The notes beneath the pieces were generated by a model. The model had not been told where the DNA came from. It did no database searches and saw nothing but the letters and a program-made list of their open reading frames with translations. From the NCBI GenBank assembly GCA_963662545.2, contig CAXXLL010000002.1:1152001-1216000 (forward strand): 64,000 nt of DNA. Reading direction: 5' to 3'. This document shows, piece by piece, positions 10,150-19,722 of this stretch. A program made the position numbers and the translations under genes. Origin of the DNA: Gammaproteobacteria bacterium. GTDB lineage: Bacteria; Pseudomonadota; Gammaproteobacteria; Ga0077536. How positions within the stretch are numbered: the first letter of the stretch is position 1; every line of letters starts with the position of its first letter.

Positions 10150-11239
10150 CCCAGATGTCCAAGTGAAGTGCAACAGGGGTGATTAAACTGCTGCATAACA
10201 TTCCTCCGGTGTTTTGACGCCGAGAACCCTTCTCGGACGTGTATTGAGTTTCTTCGCTATCTTATCGCAGTCACGTTGTGTAACGTCTGCCATGGTTTTC
10301 CCTTTGGGCAGGTACTGTCGAATAAGGCCGTTGGTATTTTCATTGGTACCGCGTTCCCAGGAATGATACGGCGTGCAAAAATAGAAGCGAGCGTCGGTCG
10401 CGTTTTCTATCTTCTGGAACTGATGAAACTCAGTTCCATTATCGGCGGTTACGGTTCGCACCAAGCGCATTTCACGTTTGATAAGTTGGATCACTTTGCG
10501 GTTGAGTTCGGCGGTCGTGCGAGCCCGAAGTTTTCCGATTAAGGTATATCGTGTCTTACGTTCAACGAGGGTCACGATGCAGTGACCGTCGTGGCTACCG
10601 ATGACGGTGTCTATTTCCCAATGACCGATGCGGGAACGGTTTTCAGCGCCTGGTGGTCGTTCGGTGATATGGCGCTTTCCTCGCATAACACCGCGAGAAT
10701 CACCGCTGCCGTAGCGTTTCCGTCGTCGTTTTTCCGCCTGTCGCAGATGCTTATATAAGGTGCCGCCGAAGAAGTGGTCGTACCAGATATACCGGTATAG
10801 GGTCTGGTGACTGATTGAAAATATCCGATGACGCTTGAACCAATCCGAGACTTGCTGGGGGCTCCATTCCTCGCGCAGCAAGCGAATGGCGAGACTGAGT
10901 TGTTGGTCGGTGAAATACCATCGTCGGCGAGACTTCGTTCGCCTGCCTCGGGTCATCTCCTCAGCTTCGTCAGGACGATACCGACCGATGCGGCGATTAC
11001 GCTTTAGTTCGCGTCCGATCGTAGACCGATGTCGCCCGAGTTTTCGAGCGACCTCTGCGTTTTTACAGCCTTGCATTTTCAAGGTGTGAAGCATATACCT
11101 CTCTCCAGAGGTGAGCTGGTGATAACTCATCGTAAGTTTCCTATTCTGCCAAGAAGAGAGTGCTTACGAGTATCCCAGCTCGCTTCGTTTAACGCGATAT
11201 AGGGAAATTCTTGTGTTGCACTTACATTGTGAATCCGGG
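10150..11239 (-). mobile_element. IS30 family element, intact transposase 10183-11130
   Basis: HTH start, WSPQQ, GHWEIDT, DNGTEF, SWERGTNENTNGLIRQYLPK; 26-bp imperfect IRs CCCAGATGTCCAAGTGAAGTGCAACA / TGTTGCACTTACATTGTGAATCCGGG. Confidence 0.93.
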
Positions 11240-11241
11240 CC

Positions 11242-11351
11242 ACCTAACAAATGGATCAACCTGACGTGTTATAGCGGGCTCTTTTGGAACGGCTTCGCAT
11301 TTTCGCTTCCAAGAAGCCCGCTATAACACGCAGGTTATCCTAGCGTTAGGC
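11242..11351 (+). other. Integron attC site 1
   Basis: ACCTAAC ... GTTAGGC ends; internal palindrome CGTGTTATAGCGGGCT/AGCCCGCTATAACACG; CGCATTTTCG loop motif shared with the other attCs. Confidence 0.9.
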
Positions 11352-11419
11352 GGCTAGAGACCTTACAAGCATGCGCTAGTCCTTGAGTGAAACACATATT
11401 CCGACGAGGTGTAGAAATT

Positions 11420-11833
11420 GTGAGCGAAGCAGAGCAACTTGAAACCGCAGCACTTTATTTCGACCTCGCGTTAAGTTGTGTGATGCTGTATTTATCGCTA
11501 GTGTCGGGCTACTTGGGCGTAGCACATTTTGTCGGCGCACGACTCAGAAAAGGTCAAGTTATCTTCATCACGTCAATATTCGTGGCGTTCGCGTTGTTTG
11601 CAACATGGGGGTCGTCGGGATTCTTTCTAGTTGCTGAATATTTCTATAGGAACGCCGAGTCATACCAATACTTCCCAACGGACGAGTGGATCCCAGCATA
11701 TGTAATCGTGAGTGTCGTTGAGGCCTTGGGGATCTTGGTTAGTCTTATATTTATGCGGGATATTCGCCTTAAAGCGCCTCAAGCGGACATCAATTCAGAA
11801 AAAGGGAAAGAGAATCAACGCCAAGCCGCCTAA
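11420..11833 (+). CDS. Hypothetical membrane protein (integron cassette)
   Basis: About three hydrophobic segments; stop codon inside the attC R'' box; GTG start after GAGGTG. Confidence 0.75.
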   Translation: MSEAEQLETAALYFDLALSCVMLYLSLVSGYLGVAHFVGARLRKGQVIFITSIFVAFALFATWGSSGFFLVAEYFYRNAESYQYFPTDEWIPAYVIVSVVEALGILVSLIFMRDIRLKAPQADINSEKGKENQRQAA

Positions 11834-11938
11834 CAACGGGATCAACGCGGACCCGTTACAGCACGCTTTTTCGAAGCGGCTTCGCATTTTCGCATCGAAA
11901 AAGCGCGCCATAACGCGCCGGTTATCCCAACGTTAGGC
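11828..11938 (+). other. Integron attC site 2
   Basis: GCCTAAC ... GTTAGGC, imperfect palindrome, CGCATTTTCG motif. Confidence 0.9.
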
Positions 11939-11955
11939 GTCTTGGAGTCGACTGA

Positions 11956-12489
11956 ATGGATTGGACTGCTATAGGTGTTCTCGCGGAAATCATAGCTGCA
12001 GTGGCAGTCGTCACCTCGGTTGTCTATCTCGCCGTCCAAATCCGCGCTTCGATGAAGCAGTCTCAAGCACAATCACACTCAACGATGGTTACGGACTTGG
12101 GACCATTTTTGCAGTGGCAAATTGAAAATCGGGAATTTGCCGAGGTATTTAGAAAAGGGCTCCTAGATTATTCCAGCTTGGATGCCACAGATCGCCTACG
12201 ATTAAGCCACGCGTTCTACCATCTCTTGATGGGCTTCAAAGACACGTTGGAAGCTTACGAGCGCGGCCTTCTTGGAGTTGAAGACTACAAAGCATGGGAA
12301 CGGTACGTAGCGGCGTACCTTAAAATGCCCGGAGGTGGCATTTGGTGGTCTGAAGCGCGGGAAAGTTGGGTGCCAAAAGTTCAACAGCGCATAGATGAAG
12401 CATTATCTAAGGCACGGCCTGTCAATGAGCTTATGCCCACAATCTGGGACGCAAAGAAAACCGAAGGCGACGCTCAAGTTAACAACTGA
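11956..12489 (+). CDS. Hypothetical protein with N-terminal TM helix (integron cassette)
   Basis: MDWTAIGVLAEIIAAVAVVTSVVYLAVQIR; PGG..WW motif; bounded by attC sites. Confidence 0.8.
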   Translation: MDWTAIGVLAEIIAAVAVVTSVVYLAVQIRASMKQSQAQSHSTMVTDLGPFLQWQIENREFAEVFRKGLLDYSSLDATDRLRLSHAFYHLLMGFKDTLEAYERGLLGVEDYKAWERYVAAYLKMPGGGIWWSEARESWVPKVQQRIDEALSKARPVNELMPTIWDAKKTEGDAQVNN

Positions 12490-12501
12490 AATACAACAGC
12501 C

Positions 12502-12600
12502 GCCTAACAAATGGATCAACCGGACACGTTACAGCGCGCTTCTAGTGGAGCAGCTTCGCATTTTCGGTTTCCAAGTGGACACGCCTGAACGCGCCGGTTA
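12502..12600 (+). other. Integron attC site 3, right end lost or garbled at the IS3 junction
   Basis: GCCTAACAAATGGATCAACC matches attC1; CGCATTTTCG present; no GTTRRRY end. Confidence 0.7.
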
Positions 12601-13958
12601 ACTATTCAGGATGAACGTGATTCGCAAGATGTCAAAACCAGGCTTTCTTGCGAGAACGACGTATACGAAATACAGCGTCCGCGTTCGATTCGGAAAGCGA
12701 CAATTAAGCTTGGTCCGAAAAAGTGAACTGCTCACAATGGATGTAGCCATGCGAAGCCAGGATTGTCGACCTGGGCGTCGTCTTGTACATTCAGCGCCCT
12801 TCAGGTTGCTTCCCTCGTTGGCGCAAATGCAATGTGCGCGAGGCTGGGAATGTATCATGGCTAGGATGGAGTGGAAATCGATATCGAAGAAACAGTGCGG
12901 CATCGGAGCTGAAAGCGCTGCGTCACCGGATGAAGAAGGACTACGAGCGTCTAAAAGTGGAGCATGACCTTTTAAAAAGAAGCGATCGAGTTCACTTCCA
13001 AACGAAAAGCGGATGTCTTCGCGTTCATCGACTACCACGTCAAAGAAGGCTATCTCGGTGACGACGATCGGGTCGTGCGTTATACGACGTGCAGGGAGTT
13101 CCAGTGGTTATTACGCCTGGCGGAAACGCCCGCGCAGTCAGCGCTCGATTGAGGACGAGGCGCTGTTGGTTGAGATCCGCGAGGCGCATGCGCTGGGCCG
13201 GAAGACCTATGGGAGTCCGCGTGTACACGAGGTCTTGTTGCAGCGCGGGAGGAAGGTCGGGCGACGCCGGATCGAACGATTGATGCGGGAAAATGGCATT
13301 CGCGGGTGCTCAGCCGACCAGTACCGTCGCACGCCTGGCCTGGACCGCTTCTTTGGTGTGATCGGCAATCGTATACACAAGATGCCGGTGACGGCACCCG
13401 ACCAGGTGTGGGTCTCGGATGTGACCTATGTGAAGGTCAACGCTGAGTGGCGCTATCTGTCGGTGGTATTGGATCGGTACTCACGTCGTCCGGTATTGGC
13501 AGTAAGGTCATTGGGGCGTTTGAGAAGACGGCAGCATTGGACCGGTCGGGCGTTGCATGCCAAGCCCTTTGAAGCTGAGGCGGCCGACAATCCCACCCCG
13601 GGGACCGTATTTCACATCGGTGACCGCGGTTCAGAATATGTGGCTAGCGCTTCAGGCCTGGGTTTTGGGGCTGTTAAGCGCTGGGTAACCGGCACGAAGC
13701 GGGCACGGCGGCCGAGTATGAATCGCCGGCGTCGGATGACGGACAATGCCCTCATGGAGTCATGGAATAAGACGATGAAGTCCGACATGTACCACCGACG
13801 CCTGTTCAGCAGTGACAAACAGCTGCGCGATTCACTGCGTTCCTACATCGACTTCTATAATCGGGTGAGACTACACTCGTCTTTAGGATATCAATCACCG
13901 ATAGCGTTTGAGCAAGCATGCAGCTAACTTATGGGTGTCCACTTTTTCGTAGGAACTT
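12570..13958 (+). mobile_element. IS3 family element, degenerate (orfA from ~12629 fragmented; orfB 13013-13927)
   Basis: YGSPRV, PDQVWVSDVTY, DRGSEY, DNALMESW, FYNRVRLHSSLGYQSP; TTTAAAAAG frameshift window near 12971; right end GGGTGTCCACTTTTTCG; left boundary uncertain. Confidence 0.8.
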
Positions 13959-14061
13959 AGCAAGGCCAGCGGACATTTCACAGCGGGCTTTTCTGGGCCG
14001 GCGTTGCATTTTCGTCCCAGAAAAGCCCGCTGCGAAATGCCGCTGAACTTGGTCGTTAGGC
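13958..14061 (+). other. Integron attC site 4, left end clipped by IS3
   Basis: Palindrome CAGCGGGCTTTTCTGGG/CCCAGAAAAGCCCGCTG ending in GTTAGGC; nearly the same as attC5. Confidence 0.8.
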
Positions 14062-14070
14062 GTCAAGAGA

Positions 14071-14559
14071 ATGAAGCTCGACAAAGCGACGCTCGAAATC
14101 TGGGGGGTAGTTGCCGAAATAGTTGCAGCTCTGGGAGTCATCGTATCCGTTGTATACCTCGCGATACAGATTGGTGAAGGAACCACCGCCCTACAAATGC
14201 AAATGCATCACTATCAACTTGAGAACGTAAACGCTCCAATCGAACATGCCATAGCCGACGAGGGGCTCGCCGAGATAATTACGGTAGGAGTCGAGGATCC
14301 AGACGCTCTATCAAAACCGGACTGGTATCGCTTCTGTTTATTTCAGCTACTCGCGTTCAATAGCTGGGAATACGGTTACCATCTCCATTCAAAAGGGGTG
14401 ACTCCGGAGGAAATTTGGGAGGGTGTCGACGCAGCGTATAAGAACCTAATTCGAACTCAGCCCGGTCTCGCGCGATTTTGGAAGGAATGGAATCACGCGT
14501 ACGGGGGAGCGTTTCATGAGTACGTGGACGCTGAGTTCGCTAAACAAGGAGGTGATTGA
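14071..14559 (+). CDS. Hypothetical protein, same family as 11956-12489 (integron cassette)
   Basis: GVVAEIVAALGVIVSVVYLAIQI and PGLARFW align with the other cassette protein. Confidence 0.8.
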   Translation: MKLDKATLEIWGVVAEIVAALGVIVSVVYLAIQIGEGTTALQMQMHHYQLENVNAPIEHAIADEGLAEIITVGVEDPDALSKPDWYRFCLFQLLAFNSWEYGYHLHSKGVTPEEIWEGVDAAYKNLIRTQPGLARFWKEWNHAYGGAFHEYVDAEFAKQGGD

Positions 14560-14570
14560 TGAAAGTGCCG

Positions 14571-14596
14571 CTTAGGTTACCAAACGAAGTGCAACT
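14571..14596. mobile_element. Isolated IS30-type terminal repeat
   Basis: CTTAGGTTACCAAACGAAGTGCAACT matches 21 of 26 positions of the MITE end at 16664. Confidence 0.5.
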
Positions 14597-14647
14597 GAAC
14601 ACTCTGGAAAATGCAAAAGAAATATGGCCGAAACTTCGTTAAACGCC

Positions 14648-15969
14648 TGAGCGGACCGGGAGAAAGGTAACAAAAGTGCCAAGGTAGATGGGTAACACTT
14701 TTGTTATCGATAATGTCGTTTTAGTCGGCCGTAAGCATCTTCGATCCGATTGTATTTTTCAATCATTCGGCCGAGCTTAAGCGTTCCGAAATAGACGTTC
14801 CAAACACCACAGTCGATTTCCTCTAATCCTATGTACTCACCGGCACACGCGATTGAGACAGGCACATGGGTGGAATGCCATCGGATGCCACCGTTGGCAC
14901 TGACGAAGCGCTTGATGAAACGGTCAGGATATTCGAGCGGCGGGATTTTGCTAGGCATTTCTTTGGCAGAAAATTCGTAGAAGTCGGCAGGTGTGAACAT
15001 GTCGAGCGCTTCATGAGGGCGTTCTTCATTGAATTCAATCTGGAACCGATTAAATCGTTTCTGTTGCGCGCGATAGTCCCCGGCCGGAGGTCGAGTCGTC
15101 TCCGCCTTTAAGGTTCGGTGCATCCGTTCGTGTCGGCCATTTTGTTGAGGCTTTCCGGGTTCGATGAGCTCGGGATAAATACCAAGCCTGATCCACCAGG
15201 CAGACAGCGTTGATAATCGACCGAGCGTGTTCGTCGCGAAGGGGACGCCGTTGTCGGTACGGATGCGTTCTGGCAGTCCGTATTCTTTGAATAAGCGGGT
15301 GAACACCGCCTTCGATGGTTCAACGGCGGTCGTGAGTAATGACTGGCATCCGATGAGGTATCGACTAAAGCCATCGGTGACGGTCAACGGGTAACAATAC
15401 CGCCCGTCTTCGGTCTTGAAATGCCCTTTGAAGTCGGCGCCCCAGGTTTGGTTGGGTGCATTCATTCGGGTTTCAGGTTTTCCCGGATGCCCGAGTTTGC
15501 GTGAGCGCCGCGGTGTCCGGATGAATCCTTCACGGATTAGGATGTCATGAATGGTTGTCCGTGTTGGCCACGGCTCTCGCGGGTGCTTCCGCGATAGAAA
15601 CGTCCGCAATTTACGAGCGCCCCAAGTCGGATGACGTTGTCGCGCATCGATGATCAGGCGCTCGAGCCGCGCCGGCGTTTTATGCGGGCAAGTTCTAGGC
15701 CGCCGTGTGCGTTCCTCTAAACCCGCCGGACCTTCGCTTAGATACCGATCAATCCATTTGTAGCCAGTCTTGCGACTGATGCCGTAATGTTCGCACAGCT
15801 CGGTAACTGTCAACAGGTCGCGCAGATAGTCTGCGATGAATTGCGTTTTTTCGTTCATTGGTGACGTTTCTCTCCAGGGCATCGGACTCCTCCTTTGAGG
15901 AACCTAATACCATTGATCTGTCACCCATGTACCTTGACTATAATGTTACCTATGTACCCGGTCCGTACC
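14648..15969 (-). mobile_element. IS481 family element, transposase 14704-15882
   Basis: MPWRETSPM start, WGADFKG, TDNGVPFA, PQQNGRHERMHRTLK; IRs TGAGCGGACCGGG..GGTAACA / TGTTACC..CCCGGTCCGTACC with internal repeats. Confidence 0.92.
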
Positions 15970-15977
15970 GAGCCGCC

Positions 15978-16088
15978 GCCTAACAAGGCGCTGAACCGGA
16001 CGTTTCACAGCGGGCTTTCTTGGGCCGGCTGCGCATTTTCGTCCCAAGAAAGCCCGCTGCGAAACGCCGGTTAGCTTGGTCGTTAGGT
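15978..16088 (+). other. Integron attC site 5
   Basis: GCCTAAC ... GTTAGGT, palindrome CAGCGGGCTTTCTTGGG/CCCAAGAAAGCCCGCTG. Confidence 0.9.
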
Positions 16089-16131
16089 CGAGAGACAATT
16101 TGTTGCCGGTCTTAAGAAAGGAAAACAAACC

Positions 16132-16623
16132 ATGAAAGAAGGACACTACGTGCTGAAGCCCGAGCAGCGCCCCGCTCCGCTTGACGTTGTTGGAACGAAA
16201 GTAACTATTTTGGCGTCCTCTTCTGAAACAGGGACCTACGGAATAACATTTCAGAAGGGCGAAGAAGGCTCGGGCCCACCGCCGCACTGCCACGATTGGG
16301 ATGAGGCTTTCTATGTCATTTCCGGAGAAGTTAATTTCGAATGTGCCGGTGAATAACATTTCAGAAGGGCGAAGAAGGCTCGGGCCCACCGCCGCACTGC
16401 CACGCATCATCGATGCGTAGCAGGAACGATGGTACATATTCCACGAAATACTGTGCACGGGTTCAATTACGGGGAAGGCGGTGGGACGATGATGGAAGTC
16501 ACAAGCCGGGACAGTACAGCGGCAGAAATGTTCACCGCTTTTGACGCAGAAATCGATGCCGAAACGGACATAGCGACTACTCTGGCTCTTCTGAAAAAGA
16601 ATGGCGTTACTGTCGTTACTTAG
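16132..16623 (+). pseudogene. Cupin domain cassette gene disrupted by a 54-bp internal duplication
   Basis: PPPHCHDWDEAFYVISGE and HIPRNTVHGF are split into two ORFs; 16241-16294 is repeated at 16351-16404, introducing TAA. Confidence 0.82.
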
Positions 16624-16663
16624 CAAACTCAAGCAATTTGCAGCAGAAACCAAGCGGGTTCGA

Positions 16664-16842
16664 CTTAGATTTCCAAGTGAAGTGCAACAAACATAATGCT
16701 GGAGTCACGCGCAAATTGCGAGAATAAATCACGACGCGTATCGCGCAGCCTATTGTTCTACCTGCAGATTTTTCGTGATCCTCTTGCAAGCTATTGAGGA
16801 GCATGAAAAACCTGCGTGTTGCACTTACTTTGTGAATCCGGG
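16664..16842. mobile_element. 179-bp MITE with IS30-type ends
   Basis: CTTAGATTTCCAAGTGAAGTGCAACA and TGTTGCACTTACTTTGTGAATCCGGG closely match the IRs of the IS30 at 10150-11239; no transposase. Confidence 0.85.
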
Positions 16843-16844
16843 AA

Positions 16845-16870
16845 GCTTAACAAACCAACGAACCCGACAC
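16845..16870 (+). other. Truncated attC (left end only)
   Basis: GCTTAACAAACCAACGAACCCGAC resembles R''/L'' boxes; no right half follows. Confidence 0.45.
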
Positions 16871-17113
16871 TTGACCGCGCCCTTCCTTGATGGTCCCAGT
16901 TTCGCGAGATATCGTGAAATGGTCGTTAATATGTGTTTCGTCCACTCGAAGCTTCGGGCTACTAAGTGACTCGTCCACGTCTTCTGCTTTAACCCTCATG
17001 CCGTCCGTAACAGTGCAACGGTACTCGAACTCACCGCTCCTGCTGACGCAAGGAGTCGCTAAGGAAGCAAAGAGACAAATATTGCAAACCGTTCGCAGCA
17101 AAAACTTCTTCAC
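16847..17113 (-). CDS. Hypothetical secreted protein, probably 3'-truncated
   Basis: Signal-peptide-like N-terminus; ends inside the attC remnant. Confidence 0.4.
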   Translation of the reverse strand: MKKFLLRTVCNICLFASLATPCVSRSGEFEYRCTVTDGMRVKAEDVDESLSSPKLRVDETHINDHFTISRETGTIKEGRGQVSGSLVC

Positions 17114-17512
17114 CGGGCACCCCCTCGCTTACTCTTAGCAAAAGCATATACACAGCTAGGGTAAAAAAAGGGGGCAGCCTTGCTGGTTTGGCGGTAACAG
17201 GGAAAACGTCTGGCAGTATTTATTCGCCATCTCAATACGTTACCGACTGAATTAAAGAGCTACCGGGCCCACCATCTAAATCGCAGAGTTAACAGCTTTT
17301 TCGGGAAGGCCATCTTCCGTTGGGGAAGTTGTACATCGTTCTACACCATGGCAGATCTTTGCGTGTCCGGAGAATGTAGCGTGGTGCGAAGTACTGAAAG
17401 GTGAAGCCTGACTTTGATTTCTCTGTTCTCTAAAGATAAGCACGATAGCGGACATTGAAGATGACGTTTCTCGTGGATGGCAGAGAAACTGCTCATTGAA
17501 CTCAAGTACAGA

Positions 17513-17893
17513 TTATTTCACCGCAGAGCGATTCAACACGCCTTTGTCGTATCCTACTTTTTGCTCGTCGGTAAGAATCGCCCGCATCTCGATCAGGTGA
17601 TCATATCGAAGACGCATGATCTGCGTTTTCGCCTCCATCAATTCATCGATCTTGGCGTTCACGTCTTCAATCCTGACACCCTCGCGAATGGTCATCGCAT
17701 TGAGTTCTTTCAGTGCCTGCGCCTCTTTGGCTTTAAAAGGCGCCTGATCATCATGCAGTTTGTGATGCATGCGATCGATTGCTTCCTTCTGAGATGCGGC
17801 TGGATCGGGTATCTGGGCTGCATTGAGGCCCATGCTGAACAGCGTCATCAGGGATATCAACATTGATGCTCGTTTAATGTATGGCGTGTTCAT
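17513..17893 (-). CDS. Periplasmic Spy/CpxP/ZraP-like (heavy-metal-associated) protein
   Basis: Signal peptide, helical body, His cluster MHHKLHDD, C-terminal ILTDEQK (LTxxQ motif); GAGG RBS. Confidence 0.72.
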   Translation of the reverse strand: MNTPYIKRASMLISLMTLFSMGLNAAQIPDPAASQKEAIDRMHHKLHDDQAPFKAKEAQALKELNAMTIREGVRIEDVNAKIDELMEAKTQIMRLRYDHLIEMRAILTDEQKVGYDKGVLNRSAVK

Positions 17894-18359
17894 GATTTTT
17901 CCTCGTGAAATCCTGGAAACGCTAAGCCGACAGAAACTACAAATGTACACTACGCCGTCGTGCAGTATTCGGGATCCGCGTAAAAACCCAAAGCTATCTC
18001 AATGAAAAGCAAAGCGTCAATGTTCATAATGGGCCGAGACTGCATGATAACTCGGTGCTGCGGGGAGGGTTGACCTGAAGGGATAAACACGCCGAGCGAT
18101 TTTTCCAGATAAATTCGCGGCTCCCTCATTTCCAGCATGCGGAGCGTCGTGTGCCATGCAAAAAGCGTTTAACGTTAAATGAGTATCGGATTTTTTCAAC
18201 AAAACAGACAATAAGCAGACGTCATTCGAAGCGCCAACCCCTTGCCGTCCGGCTTCAGTGCGTGCAGCATCGAGCTTAACGGTAAGCTATTACCTTCGAC
18301 CATCCGTAACGACGGATTCGAAATTTCGAATTAAACCTGTCAGTTGGAGAGATATTGAC

Positions 18360-19568
18360 ATGAGAGAAGCGAGGCTGCGATTCGGTATTTTCATTCCACC
18401 TCACACCCCACCCGAGGAACATCCCGCGCTCGCGCTCGAAGAAGACATGGATCGGGTGATCTGGGCGGACAAGCTCGGTTATGAGGAGGCCTGGATCGGT
18501 GAGCATCATTCGACCGGGTGGGAAATCACGAGCAGTCCGGAACTGTTTATTGCCGCGGTTTCTCAGCGAACACAGAACATACGGCTGGGAACCGGAGTTT
18601 CTTCGCTTCCATATCACAATATTTTCACCCTTGCAGATCGCATACGTCAGATCGATTACCACACGAAAGGTCGCGCCATGTTCGGTGTCGGACCAGGTTC
18701 GCTGCCGTCTGACTCTTACATGCAGGGCCTCGATACCTCCAAGGCGCGAGACCAGATGGACGAAGCGATCGGACCCCTGGTTCGCCTTCTCAATGGCGAA
18801 AAGGTGACGGCGAAGAGTGATTGGTTCGATTTACGCGACGCACAGCTGCAGTTTGTTTCCTACAACGATCGAGGGGTCGAGATTGCCGTGGCAAGCCAGG
18901 TCTCTCCCACTGGGGCAACGGCGGCAGGCAAGCACGGGCTCAGCCTGTTATCGATCGGCGCGACCTCGACCGGAGGCTTCAACGCGCTCGGTTCGAACTG
19001 GGCAATCGCCGAAGAGACCGCAAAGGAGCACGGCCACACCATGGACCGCAGCGGCTGGCGGTTGGTCGGACCGGTGCATATCGCCGAGACACGTGAAAAA
19101 GCCTACGAGAATGTGAAATATGGACTCGAGCGCTGGATTGATTACATGACCAAGGTGGCGGCGCTGCCCCTTGCCCCCCCGCCCGGCGCCGATCCTGTCG
19201 ACCATATGATCTCGACCGGTTTCGCCGTGATCGGTACACCGGACGACTTCGTGGCTCAGATGGAAAGGTTGCAGGAACAGTCCGGCGGCTTCGGATGTTT
19301 CCTCAACCTGGATCACCATTGGGCAGACTGGGCTGAAACGAAGCGTTCATATGAATTGATAGCGCGTTATGCCATACCAAAAATCAACAGGCTCAACCGT
19401 AACCGCCTCGCCTCGGAAAAATGGCTGCGCGATAACAATGATGAATTCAAGGGTGCGTTGACTTCGGCCGTACACGCGAAGATGGAAGAACATGCGAAGC
19501 TCAAGGGCCATGATAATCTCTCACCGGAAATGGTCGAGTATTTCAGGAAGGCAGAGAAAACGACGTGA
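18360..19568 (+). CDS. LLM class flavin-dependent monooxygenase (limonene monooxygenase-like)
   Basis: RFGIFIPPH, LGYEEAWIGEHHS, IRLGTGVSSLPYH, GVGPGSLPSD. Confidence 0.88.
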   Translation: MREARLRFGIFIPPHTPPEEHPALALEEDMDRVIWADKLGYEEAWIGEHHSTGWEITSSPELFIAAVSQRTQNIRLGTGVSSLPYHNIFTLADRIRQIDYHTKGRAMFGVGPGSLPSDSYMQGLDTSKARDQMDEAIGPLVRLLNGEKVTAKSDWFDLRDAQLQFVSYNDRGVEIAVASQVSPTGATAAGKHGLSLLSIGATSTGGFNALGSNWAIAEETAKEHGHTMDRSGWRLVGPVHIAETREKAYENVKYGLERWIDYMTKVAALPLAPPPGADPVDHMISTGFAVIGTPDDFVAQMERLQEQSGGFGCFLNLDHHWADWAETKRSYELIARYAIPKINRLNRNRLASEKWLRDNNDEFKGALTSAVHAKMEEHAKLKGHDNLSPEMVEYFRKAEKTT

Positions 19569-19722
19569 GCACGATCTGCTTCAGTGAAGCAACAGGGTCA
19601 GCGTCGATTGAATCATCGAAAACAGGGTGTCAAGTTCATTTAATACTGCGACCCAGTCAATAACGCGGACACCTCTTCCGGGCATGTTTTGAGTCGAGAC
19701 CAGATGTTAGCGCGGCGGACAT

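Noticed and set aside
11242-16088. CRISPR array interpretation of the recurring palindromic repeats
   Set aside because: The repeats are ~110 bp, separated by whole genes and bounded by RYYYAAC/GTTRRRY, which fits attC; no cas genes.
17950-18250. NiCo riboswitch upstream of the Spy/ZraP-like gene
   Set aside because: No convincing consensus on the coding (minus) strand.
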